Source: Halocafeteria seosinensis (taxonomy: Eukaryota). Taken from it: DNA of 26,210 bases. Positions 1-11,800 of the stretch are shown in pieces. The DNA lies in NCBI GenBank assembly GCA_001687465.1, contig LVLI01000593.1, positions 62,001-88,210 on the forward strand. Reading direction: 5' to 3'. The notes under the pieces were generated by a model. It had not been told where the DNA came from and made no database searches. It saw only the letters and a program-made list of their open reading frames with translations. Numbering within the stretch: the stretch's first letter is position 1; every line of letters begins with the position of its first letter. The translations under genes were made by a program, and so were the position numbers.

Positions 1-967
1 TGATAGTAGTACCTAGCTGATTCCGTCAAACCCGTAAGAAGCACCTGCAGGCATTTGCAAAATCAGTTTAACACAAAATCAGTAGGGATGTTGAAAATGA
101 TTTCCTTACGTCATTCTGAATACCAGGATCAATATAATTGGCTGGGTCCGTTGCAGGAGAAGTATAATTTGCTGGACCAATGCCCGAAGCGTTGCACATA
201 TCGTTGATGGTATAGGTGCCAGTAGTCCCTGAGAAAACGGAAGCATCCAGCATGTCAGGAGAAGTCCCCACACGAACCTGGAATAGCAGATATTTGTCCA
301 TGAATTGAAGCAGAAATAGATATTTCCTGAACAGAAAAAAAAAGAAAAAAACTCTCTGACATACCTTTGGAGTACCGCCCGATTTGGCAGATGTCCACAT
401 AACGCGCATTTCTTTAGGGCTGTTGCCGATGGCAAGTCTCAGTTGCTGTGGGGCATCCTCGTCCTCGAAGCGGACAGTGTTGCTCACTGCGAGCACATTC
501 CCAGCTTGAATCCTCCAGACGGACAAAAAGTCCGCGTCATCCTTCTCACATCCTTCTGGCGGCTCGTCCGAGGAACAAATGACTTTTCGCAATTTTTGGT
601 TGGTAACGCCGTATTCCGTGGGATCCGCGCGTTGAAGAATTTTGTACACGAAAGGCTGCCTAAAGTTGTACGCTTCGACCCGCGCGTGTCCACGGGTGGT
701 TTCAATGGGGATAACCCCGAACGGATACAAAGCATCGAGGGTGTAGTAAAATCCAATGAAATGGCCCCTTTGGGCTCCATCCCAGGATAATGTCACCTGG
801 GCTGTCCAATTGGAAGGCTTCCTGCGGTTGGGAATGACCGCCGGAGACGCCTTCAATGTGGGCCCGTCGCCTCCGCGAAGGCCATATGCAAGTGTTGATG
901 TGCTTCCGACGAGAGAAAGCAGCGAAAATAGAGTAAAATAAGGGAAAATGTCCCTGAAGAACACCAT
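1..967 (-). CDS. Purple acid phosphatase paralog C (secreted, PAP/nucleotide-pyrophosphatase-like subgroup); 5' part only, runs off the window edge
   Basis: Exons 967-365, 277-110, 44-<1 joined by GT-AG introns at the same positions as in the two upstream paralogs. Hydrophobic signal peptide (MVFFRDIFPYFTLFSLLSLVGSTSTLA) and motifs [24 protein letters not shown]...PATD..YIDPG, VLLTGL..RYYY shared with paralogs A and B. Catalytic motifs lie outside the window. Confidence 0.88.
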
Positions 968-1160
968 GCTCACAGGGGTATTTTCAGCACCAATACACGC
1001 CTTTTGATCCCCTCAAGCACTCGCCAACAGCACCTCTGTTCACTCCACTATCTCCACAGGTGATCAACAACTACAATTGACTCCAATACAAGGTGCATGA
1101 AGCGGACGGAAATGACGTGATATGTGCGTTGAAGTTGAAGTTAGGGACACGTTGGCACAC

Positions 1161-1180
1161 CTGCAGGCTGCAGCCTGCAG
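1161..1180. repeat. Perfect 20-bp palindrome CTGCAGGCTGCAGCCTGCAG
   Basis: Read directly; equals its own reverse complement; intergenic, about 190 bp upstream of PAP-C. Confidence 0.9.
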
Positions 1181-1434
1181 TGGAGAGTGCGGGAAGTCGA
1201 GAAGCCAAACCAAGAGCAGTAGCGGGAGCAACGGTTGCCAGAAGAACACGGCTGCATACGGTTTAACTGAACGAAGACAGCCGCATACGTGGAGTGTTGG
1301 GTTAATGCGAAATGAATGCGTCATATTGAATTTCCTTTAGTCTCAGTAACTGGGTTACGCTAACATACATAGTTCATGCCAATGGATAACAAAGCCAAAA
1401 CAAATCGTAAAGCAGAAACATCCTCAACATTCAC

Positions 1435-3930
1435 TTAGTGGTTGTGGCGAAACTCTTGGTCCTTTGCGTACAAGGTAAAGCTATCATGCACCAAAAAGCG
1501 GTTATCGTCATGCATCGCAAAACTAAGTTCCTGTTTGGAAGCACGTATACCTCCCACTCCGTAATCTAGTGAACGGAAAACAACCCAATCCGGCTCTGGA
1601 TAATAGTTTATGGTTGAACCCGCCCAAGGGGTTTGATATGTATTTCCTGAAATGTGCAGCGAATGATCGGAAGTTTTATCCCGTAAGCATTATAGCAATA
1701 GTGTACAAGTCGAATATACTCACCTGCGTTGCCGATGATGACATGCACCGTTCCATGACCTGGAGGTGCTTCAGTGGCGTTCCTTGAAATTGGAGCGGTG
1801 CGCTCGTACTGGTGGACGTGTCCCCATAGTGCCAGATCTACATGATACTTCCTGAACAGCGGTTCGTAGGTCTCTTTCAGATGCTCCGGAATAAGACCTG
1901 TGACAAGCAAACCCAACATCTTGTTGCCCAGCTTTTTCTCTTGCAAACGACCGCCGGTAAAATACATACTGAATGTCGTGCTGCATGTGTACATGGGCCG
2001 ATGACCCATGAAAATAATCCAAGGCTGTTCATCCCTGTCGATGCTTTCCAAGTCATTCTGCGAGGACGGGAGAACTACGTTGACACGCGTGATTCCTCGC
2101 ACCGAAGCACATAGGAAGCACATACCACCGTCCATTCGTATTGAGCAGATCCCTCTACGAAATCAGTTTCTGTTGATATCACCACATAGTGTATAGGTCC
2201 CCAGTCGAATGAGTAGTATAAATTCTTGTCTTGGCTCCCCGACGGGGTCGGCATGCTAAAGCGTTTGAAATATGGGACCCCACACTGTCGAGCCAGAACG
2301 GTTCAGATAATTTTTAAAAGTGTCAAAAAAGGGAGAGTATATGTTTGCCAGCTTACCTCGCCACCACTGTCTGTCCCATAATCATTCCAAGAGGGCTTGA
2401 AAGGCTGCCCGGGCCAATCGTATTCGTGGTTCTGTGTCATTTTGCACAAGAAATGTGCACACCTATTTCAAACAAGAGGAAAGCGAAGGGCTAACTTACA
2501 CCGATCCCAACCATATAGGGTACCCTCGAAGCTACCGACGCTATCTGGCTCATGAAATACTCCCAGAAGACCTGCGGAGAACAGCATCTGATGGAAAAGC
2601 GGAAACAAGTAACTTGAGTGCGCAAACTCTTACTGCATATCCTCTTGCGTATGACAAATCGCCGATATGCACGATATTTAGGGGCTCCGTCAAGTCGGCG
2701 GTGCTCTTTGCCTGTGAATTGTTGCAATGTTGCACTTTTTGCTCTTAAGGGCGTCTCTTAACGGATAGGGTTCATACTTACCAGGAACTCCATGGACTCG
2801 TTTGCGGGAACTGTATTTCAAAGCACCCGTCATTTTATGTAGTTCAGATTTTAGGGTATATGATAGGCAGGACACTTACCGAAGTTACTAAAGTTTAATT
2901 CCTTGCCTGGAATTGTAGTAGTGAAAGGCATATAGACTCCGATGTCTCCAAAGACAATCGAGGAGACGCTATCATCGGTTCCTTTGTGTGGGGCCGTAAA
3001 GAAATATTCCACCGATGAATTCCAAGGACCGGAGCTTTTGCCATTTGTTATCTGGTAATAATACTTTGTCGCTGGTTCCAGCCCGCTCAATAAAACCTGC
3101 AGCAAACCACATTAGCGTGATGCGTACATTTTGTATCATACCACACTACATACTTCGCTTATTATTCCTGGGGAAATGAAATTCGTTTCATCGGTTGCTG
3201 GAGAATCACACATGTCCGAGATGCTGTATGTTGAGACACTTCCGGAGAAGAATGAGTTTAGCTGGTTAGGACTTTTACCAATCCGAACCTGAACCACGAT
3301 AAAGCATTTTGTTGTTGTGAGCATACTAGTCTTACGCAATCATCCACTCAAAACAAACAAACTTACCCAAGGTGTGGAAGAACTCAATGAGTTCCACATC
3401 ACGGTGATTTCGCTCGCGTTCGCTCCCTGAGCGATGTGCAAATGTTGCGGCGCACTCGGGTCCTTGAATTGCACCGGATTACTCCATGCCAACACGGTAT
3501 TGCTCTGTAAGGCGCTGGTATAGCGTTTACTGCTAGTTTCATCACATTGAGGAGAATGGTGGCAAGGGTTCAATTTCGCTTCCGAGGACAGTCGGATCAG
3601 AGCATAAGCGAATGGTTGGCGGAAGTTGATGACATCAACCTCACGCGTGCCAGAAGCCTCAGACACGAAGAAAATAGCGTAAGGATAGCTAGTTTGATTC
3701 GTAGTCCAATATAACCCGACAAGATCTCCGGCTTGTGCTCCTTGCCATTCCACTGTGACCGTTGGTTTCCACGTGCTCGGCTTCCCCACGTTATCGATGA
3801 CGCTCGGAGAAGCTGTTAGACTCGGAGTAGACCCCTGTGGACGGCGTATAAAGGCTGAATAAGCCGATTCAGTCCAAATAGAACCAATTGCCAGGACCGC
3901 CAGAGCCACTTGGCGGCCGAAATGAGTCAT
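1435..3930 (-). CDS. Purple acid phosphatase paralog B, about 600 aa, 11 exons
   Basis: Exons 3930-3367, 3288-3154, 3096-2880, 2810-2782, 2711-2634, 2571-2500, 2431-2357, 2284-2126, 2057-1970, 1897-1724, 1646-1435 splice in frame via GT-AG. Signal peptide and all five PAP metal-ligand blocks: GDIG, GDLSY, GNHE, FMGH, GHVH; also DSGGECGVPY. Confidence 0.93.
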
Positions 3931-4467
3931 TTCCACGGCTCCTTCTTCCAAATCTTTGACTTGCACAAGTGCACAATCCCTTGTACCAGCCTGTCAACAA
4001 CGCCTAAGCGCCAAAATGGAGTGAAAAGAGACCGAAATAGATGCCAATGCGGAGGGAGCACTTAACTTCAACTTCGCAACAGATCTTCAACTTGTGTCAG
4101 GAAGTTGACTTATGATGACTTGTGATGACGGACCGACTCCGATATTGGAATTGGCGCTGTTCAGCCGTTCATTGTTGCCAACACTTTTCAAATGCGAGTA
4201 ATGACGGAATTGCCAACAGTACGCATGCTCGTTATGGGAGAACAGGTAACTGCGGGATCGCGATGCTTGGAAATATCATACCGGTATGGTGGCAGTATGT
4301 GAATTTTACTTTGCTCGTGAGTAACACAAGAGGAGTCTGAATAATTCGCTCCAAGCGAGGATTTCTACCGGAACCTCGTGGTTCCTTGACTGGTGGTGCC
4401 TTTGCTAGCAGAAAGTGTCAGCAAACGTCTACAACAGGGAAACGCACTAAAATGAACAGTAAGACGT

Positions 4468-6796
4468 TCAAGGATGAGTCTTGCGGAATTTCTGATTCGA
4501 AGCATACAGTGTGAAACTATCATGCACCAGGAAGCGGTTATCATCGTGAGTAGCGAACTCGAACTTCTCCTTGTTGGCCCGAATGGCACCGACGCCATAG
4601 TCATGGGTCCGGAATACAATCCATGAGGGTACAGGATAATGATGGGTGGTAGATCCACGCCAAGGTATCTGATATGTGTTCCCTGCATCCACCCAAAGAC
4701 TCAATCCAACCTATAGGGTAAATCGTATGAACTGAGTCCGATCAACAACATACCTGCGTTTCCAATGACCACATGCACCGTGCCTTGTCCCGGTCCGACT
4801 TCAGTTCCATTGAAGGAAATAGGAGCAGTACGTTCATACATGTGAACATGTCCCCACAAGGCTACATCGACGTGATATTGCTGGAATATAGGTTCGTACG
4901 TCTTCTGAAGATAGTATTCATTGCCTGCAACGGAAGGTGCACGGTCGGTAAATCACAGCTACTTCCCGCTGCCTCGCCTACAACTTACTCCAGGTGTCAG
5001 AGCTGGTGTACATTGGCCGGTGTCCCATGAAAACGATCCACGGTTGCTCATCCCTATCTACGTTCTTGATGTCATTCTGTACGTCAGCTAGAATGATTCT
5101 AAATCTAGAAGAACCGACATTGTTGAGATCTGTCACACGTACCTTTATCCATTCGTACTGAGGAGAACCTTCCAGGAAATCTGTTTCAGTTGAGATGACA
5201 ACATAGTGGATAGGGCCCCAATCGAACGAATAATACAAGTTCCGAAATGACTCATTCCCGGGCCCAGGCATGTGAAATCGGTGAAAGTACGGTATACCGC
5301 ACTGCAAACACAGCTCCCCTTTGCAATCTACACTTTCTAGGGGGTAATAATTCAGACGCAGTTTACTTACTTCTCCACCGCTGTCTTTCCCGTATTTAGA
5401 CCACGATGGTTTAAACGGTTGGGTCGGCCAATCATATTCGTGATTGCCGATTCCAACCATGTAAGGGACCTTAGAGGAGAACGGCGCAATTTGGTTCATA
5501 AAGTACTCCCAAATCACTGCAAACCCTCGAGCGTAGCTTATATCGCCAATGTGAACAATATTCAAAGGCCCATCAATGCCAGAGACGCTCTTGTTCTGTA
5601 ATGCGGTGAAATAACATGGTGAGGATGAAGAAAGCCAGACCATCCTTCTCAAGACAACATACTAGGAATTGAGTGGAGCGTCCGGCGGGAGCGTAATTGC
5701 TATGGTTGGTGCCATGGCCTTTGAGCGTGGTGGTAAGCGGCATGTGTACTCCCATATCACCGAAGACGATGCTCTCTACCGTATCACTAGTTCCTTTCTC
5801 AGGCCCCGTGTAGAATACATTCACGGCAGACCATGCAGTAGCGCCGTTTTTGACCTGGTAGAAGTACTTAGTGCTATGGTTGAGCCCTTGAACAAGAACC
5901 TGTCAAAACACATCACACGCTGTGGAGCTTAAATATTGAGCCCAAACGAATATTGACCTCGCGCACTTACATCATGAAAGACGCCTGGCGCCATGAAGTT
6001 TTCTGGGTCCGTGGCCGGTTCACCACACATGTCATCCTTTGTGTACGTATAAGTGGTCCCTTCGAATACCTGTCCATCATTTAACTGAGGATTGCTCCCT
6101 ATCCGAACCTGTCAGATTCGTACAGAGTAACTAAGAGGATCGAACGTAGTGAGGTTTCATATCACTCGTCAAACGTGCGCTTACCTCAGGATTTCCTTCC
6201 AGCGTGAGGGAGGTCCACATCACGCGAATGTCCTGAGCGGACTCTCCTTGAGCAATTCTCAGATGTTGAGGGCCATCCAAATTCTTGAATTGAACGGTGT
6301 TGCTGACGGCGAGAACTTGGCTATCGTGCACTTGCAGGACTCTGTTGAGATCTGGTTCACCCTGACAGTTTCCAACCTTCATCTGGCGACACAATTCCTC
6401 CTGCGTCCCATACACTTCAGGGTTCGGCCGGAGAAGTTTGTACACGAAAGGTTGTCTAAAATTGAGCGCATCAACCTCCCTTTGACCGGAGCTCTCTTGC
6501 ACAGGAAACTGTGCATAGGGGTACGCGGCATCGGTGCTCGCATAGAGTCCAACCACGTCGGTCGAGGGGTCCGCTCCACTCCACGATACAGTCACTTTCG
6601 GCTGCCAATCAGCCGTCGCGTGGGATCCTACGTTGTTGATAGTCTCTGGTGAGGCTGAAATCGTGTATGAATCGTACACATGTGTAGGATGTAAATTACC
6701 ACGTAATACCGCATTGATCCCATGGATCTTGTCTCCTTGGACGGCAGCTATGACTGCCGTAAACACACCAATACATCCCGCCAAATTGCGGATCAT
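4468..6796 (-). CDS. Purple acid phosphatase paralog A, about 614 aa, 8 exons
   Basis: Exons 6796-6185, 6108-5971, 5899-5663, 5595-5371, 5301-5143, 5076-4989, 4924-4754, 4682-4468 splice in frame. Signal peptide [42 protein letters not shown] motifs; DSGGECGIPY. Confidence 0.93.
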
Positions 6797-7174
6797 TGTC
6801 GCACTATCTTCATGAACTTGAAATGGCACTAATGTATCAATCAAACCACCCCTGGGAACGCATCTGAGCAAGATTCTGTACAGCTTCAACTAAGGGCGTG
6901 TCGTTGACACCGTGTCAATGACAGGGTGTCGAAACCAAGCTTCGCCGAGATCCTGTCGGTACTACTCGGTAGGCTGATAGTAGCTTCAGTGTGCCTTCGC
7001 AGCTTCAATACCCACAGAGCTTCAGAGCAAATGAATTGGAGCTTTAATGCCAACAACCGCAGTCTCCAAATGATTCGAGTTACTAATCGAGTACGAGTAC
7101 TACGTGCACACTGTATTGTACACTGTGAAGTGAATATGCATTGGCACGTCGTAGTTTCCCTCGTTGTGCAACGC

Positions 7175-7246
7175 ACCAGTTGTGGAGGGACGCTCACCTA
7201 CGCAATGATAGAGTACCAGTTGTAGAGGGACGCTCACCTACGCAAT
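7175..7246. repeat. Direct repeat, two 32-bp copies (31/32 identical), 40-bp period
   Basis: ACCAGTTGTGGAGGGACGCTCACCTACGCAAT at 7175-7206 and ACCAGTTGTAGAGGGACGCTCACCTACGCAAT at 7215-7246. Confidence 0.95.
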
Positions 7247-7978
7247 AAATGTCCCGAGACTCGACAAGGAAGAATCGTGGAGTTATACATCATGATTCAT
7301 GTACGGCAGACATTGCCGCCGGGCAAAGCATTTGCGCCTATCTGACAGGTTTACGCAAGAAATACTGGTCGACATCCGAATCAAGCTTCTCATCCCAATT
7401 GTAAAGGATCAAGCGATACTCAATGCCGACGGAAAGAGAAATTCCTACGATGCGCGCACGCTCTCCATAGTAAGCTTAACTTAAGCAGTAGTGTGTATAA
7501 AGCTGCTTAAGCGACTTGTCCGCAATAATCAGAAAAGGCTCATGGAAGTTTTCCACTGTGGTGGTCCTTCATTGCCATGAAGTTCATGGCCCTTTTCCTG
7601 TTGTGGCTGATTCCCGTTAATTTCCTCATGTCTCCGCTGTGGAGCTGTTCCGTCGTTTATGGTATCTCATGGACGTCTTCGTGGTTTATGGCTTCGTCGT
7701 CAGTGGGGCTGCAAGGAGGAGTTAAGTTGTCCAGAATTCTCTCAGTCTACTTCCATTTTCCTTCTCAAGGTCGTGTTGTAAGGCTGCTTAGTTTTCAATT
7801 ATTATTATGTATACCTTTAATACCGTCACTCGAGAACCGTCTTGTATGAAACTAAAAATTGGAGGACATCAATTAAGATATTGGCGAATTTGTGGCCCGA
7901 ATCCCTTAATCTTTGGAGAATTCCTTTCGTCGATTTTCACACTCAGCACGTACTCATTTTGTCTAATCATTGCATACA

Positions 7979-8814
7979 ATGGCGAAGAATAGAAATAAGC
8001 ACAGTATTTCCAAGAGCCTGCTGCCTCGATTTGACATGGAGCCAAGCACCAATGAATGGAACGGAAAAAGGAATTTACGGGACGAGAATCCGGGAGAATT
8101 TCCAGACTCCGCACAAAAGGCAATGAAGCGTATGGAGTCCATTGTCGATGTAAGTATTCTATGTATCTTGAGCTATCTTAGCAGTTGTGCATCAACGGCG
8201 TTGCCCACCTTGGCATTCCGGACTGCAGGAATGCATCCAGGAATCGGAAGGAAGAATTCGTCAGTGGAAGAAGAATTTGTCGAAGCAGAGTGAATATAAA
8301 CGCTATACAGAAAGTATAGATGAGTTCAAAGTATGAATGGTATCAATCGTGTATACTGCATGTGCAAAGTGACGAAGCAAGCCCTAAAAGTGGTGCAGAA
8401 AAAGCGCGATGAAGCGATGGAACATTGCCCAATTCCTCCTGAGCAGATGGTCGAAGTAAGTATTTCTACAGGGTTAATTACGGTCATAAACGGTGAAATT
8501 GATACAGTCAAACACCTTGCAGAGACTTGCCATGTACTATGGCAAAGTTGATACCGCTATTGAGTACGTAACAGAAAGCTGAAGCTTGAGAGCTGCATGC
8601 ACCTCTCTATGACGTACATCGTACACTATATGCAGGGGGCTACGGGATCGGGTCAAAAGTGTGTTCGATAAAGAAGGTATGTAGCCAGTATATCACTTAG
8701 AACACTGCTCCAACTTTCAGCTGCTGTCCCTGATCATGAGCAGCCAAAGAATTGGAAGCCACGTACGAGAAAGTGCTTAATGAGGTCGAACAAGCTGTTG
8801 AGCAGACCGGGTAG
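7979..8814 (+). CDS. Hypothetical alpha-helical protein, about 160 aa, 6 exons (not recovered as one ORF)
   Basis: Exons 7979-8149, 8229-8330, 8399-8455, 8523-8563 (alternative in-frame acceptor gives 8508), 8636-8676, 8744-8814. Five introns of 67-79 nt with GTAAGT/GTATGA/GTACGT/GTATGT donors and GCAG acceptors, consistent phases and no internal stop. Product is charged and helix-like (...KAMKRMESIVDECIQESEGRIRQWKKNL...AKELEATYEKVLNEVEQAVEQTG). The start codon and last acceptor are uncertain. Confidence 0.7.
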
Positions 8815-8860
8815 AAATGACGTCCAGCCGATCACGGCAATAGCCGAGATAATACACTAC

Positions 8861-11800
8861 CTAACGGGAAAGAAAATCCTTCTTCCTGAAATTGTTGCGC
8901 TGGACAATCGCTGCCTTCCGCTGCCTTCCCGAATTCATTCCTCCCGCACCACCTAGGCTTAGACTCTCCAGACTGAGAAAATTTTGTTGGCGTTGGTATC
9001 CTCCACCATTGTACCCGACACCAGTCAGCTCAATTGACCCTGGCCTAGCATGTGGCGAGTCTCGCGCTGATGGTTGGGAACCTAACTCTACGGCTTGCAA
9101 CCGCAAAGGCACCCGATCGGCCATGGCTTGGTCAAGTTCGAAAGTACCGTTCGCTTGCGGCTGCTGTTGAGAATTCTGATGCTGCTCAGAGTAGTACAGA
9201 GCATCTCCTTGATCTTTTTCATCCTCCGTAATGGGAATACCATCGAGAGTTTCTAGAAGGTCCAATTTCTTTATCACACTCACGCGATAAAGATGCTTTC
9301 GAGAAATGGGATTTGATGCCAAACCCAGCTCAGTCATATTCGGAAGTGCAGTGAGTCTATCTATTTCGCTGAAATCCGAAACTCTATTACCTGTTACGAT
9401 CAGGGTTTGCACATTACGAGCTCTCTCGATGTTTGAGAGCGTCCGTAGGGCATTATCAGCAATTCGAAGTTCGCATAGCTCCGGAGCCCCAGCGAAAGAC
9501 TCCGGGTCAATCTGACGTATTTTGTTCTTGTCAAGTACAAGCTCCCGTAGCTGAGAGCAACCATTGAGACCGGAAATAGCTGTTATAGAATTCCCTGCCA
9601 GTGACAGCACCTTCAACTCCGGAAACGAGCTCAAATAGAGATTATCCATTGAGGTAATATGGTTGTTGTCCAGGTTCAGCACTTCCAATTGGGGAAAGCA
9701 CACTGTTGCTGGCTCAACAGGAGCAGGGAGCGCAGCACCAGAAGCACTCTTTGACGGCGGTGCACGTTGCGGCGGACTGTTTATTTGACTCCACTCGTTG
9801 ATACGATCATGCTCCTCAGCTGTGAACTCATCCTGTGTTGCATCAAAGAAACTCTCAATTTTGTTTCCATTCAAATTCAGCATCGAAAGATGCGGTAACA
9901 GACGCAAACCCTTGATAGATGCTCCTGTTAGAAGGTTATTATCCAAGTTGAGCATTGCCAGGCAACGAAACTCCGTTGGAGCCAACACATCAATTTCTTT
10001 AAGCTGCGAAGACGACAAGTCAATCTCATGATAAGTATCGAATTTCGTAGCATTCAACTTTTCCGCAAGGAAATCCAAATTAACTCGTCCACTGTACTCT
10101 TCTTTAGCAGCCTGCGATTCTGCCGCGTCTACTCCCAGTCCATCCAATACTTTCAGGCGCCGGAGGTTGAAAACAGTATATAGACGATAGTTATTGCTCT
10201 GCACGATGGGGTTTCCAGCCAGGTCCAATATTATCAGTCGCGGTAGCCCTCGAAGATGCAGGATCTGTAAGTTAATTGTTCCCAGTTGGGCATACACTAC
10301 TAGCTAATAATTCGGGTAACTTGGGCTTAACGTACCTGCTTTAGCCCGGATACCCGGTTATTCCCTAAGTAGAGTTCCATAAGACTTGTAAGCTGACCAA
10401 AAGGCTTTAGATCGCTCAAAGAGTTGTCTTCAAGCGAAATCTGAACCAGGTTCGTTAGTTTCGAAAGCTGTGGAAGAGATTCCTTCAATGCGCTGTCACG
10501 CAACTTGTTCTTTCCCATTTCCAGAATCGAGAGGTTAGATAAACTCTCCAGATCTGCACGCGAATGCCCTACACATATGCATGTTAACAGTCAGAACAGG
10601 TAAACTCTCTTACCTTCTAACTTCTCCAAGTTGTTGTCTTCAAGACACAAAGACTCCAAGGCTGGTAATTGCCCTACCCCCTTCATGTCCGTCAGTTCAT
10701 TGCAAGAAGCATCCAGCTTCCGGAGTCTCTTCAGCTTGCTAAGAGGTACGTGCGCTGTTCCAATAGACAACGTATCTTGCTTTGGACGTGCTTGTCTGAC
10801 TTCGTATGGATCCACGGAGGACACAGGGATGGGGACTAGGCTGTGTAACTGTCTTCGTGAGACCTCCAGGGAGTAGACTTGTAAGCATTGCTCTTCAGGC
10901 AGCGCATCAAATGATTCTTCTCTAGGCGTGGTATTCCATACAAGGTCTCCATTTCTATCTGTACTCAGTTTGCGAATCAACTCACCCGTAATATACGTTG
11001 ACAAGTCCATTGCCTTCCGCCGGCTCTCTGAGGTTACTGGTACTCCATCCAGGCACTTCAACTCCCTGAATGCTCGCATCAGCATTGCCCTATAAGCCGA
11101 TTGAACTGACGACTCTGCACCTATTCTGGAGGCTTCTCTACGCGATAAGGCTTCACTCATTTCCCTGCTGGTCGCATTCCGCGATGGCGATCCAGGAACG
11201 GAAGAATGCAGAATTTTCGCCCGTTCATCATCGCTAAGCTCCTTGAACGTGTCAGGTAGAGCGTCATGCAGCTCGGTTATAGGATTGTGACGTATATCGA
11301 ATGTATGCACCTGTGGACCGAGCAACAGCACATCCCCCAAATCTTCCCAAGATGAGATCTGGTTATGATTGAGCAGAACGGTAGTGAGGGACCGAGCGGA
11401 ATCGTCGGCATTATCAGTCTTTGCGTCAGAGTTACGTGCCTTGTTCTTTCGACAAATAGACTCATTTTCGATGGTCTTAATCAAGTTGTGAGAGACGTCC
11501 AGTTTTTTTAATTTGTGACATCCCATCAGGGAACCTCTTGGAACTCGTTCAAGACAATTAAAAGCTAGAACTAAAACATTGAGGTTCGGCACACAGGCTG
11601 TCAATGGCAGGCGTTCTTGCTTTGTGTGCTCTTTGCGGTTGATCTTATCTGTCCATGGTAAATACAACGACGATATGCCACAGCCAGACAAGTTGAGATA
11701 TCTCAACCGTTGAAACACTGTGACGTCAAATTCAACAGGGCCAGTAAGCAACTTCTGTAATGGCATTCCAACGCTGCACATCCGCGATGCCTGGTACTCT

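Noticed and set aside
1064..1324. Short ORF ending Cys-Ser-Cys-TGA as a possible selenoprotein
   Set aside because: No recognisable fold and no SECIS seen; lies in the PAP-B/PAP-C spacer.
7132..7139. P1BS-like GAATATGC upstream of PAP-A
   Set aside because: Single short degenerate match, not seen upstream of the other two paralogs and expected by chance.
7175..7246. CRISPR-like repeat pair
   Set aside because: Only two copies, an 8-bp gap, eukaryotic context and no cas genes.
7280..7484. Possible plus-strand exons (donor 7301, acceptor 7348, donor 7470)
   Set aside because: Could not be joined into a convincing reading frame or linked to the gene at 7979.
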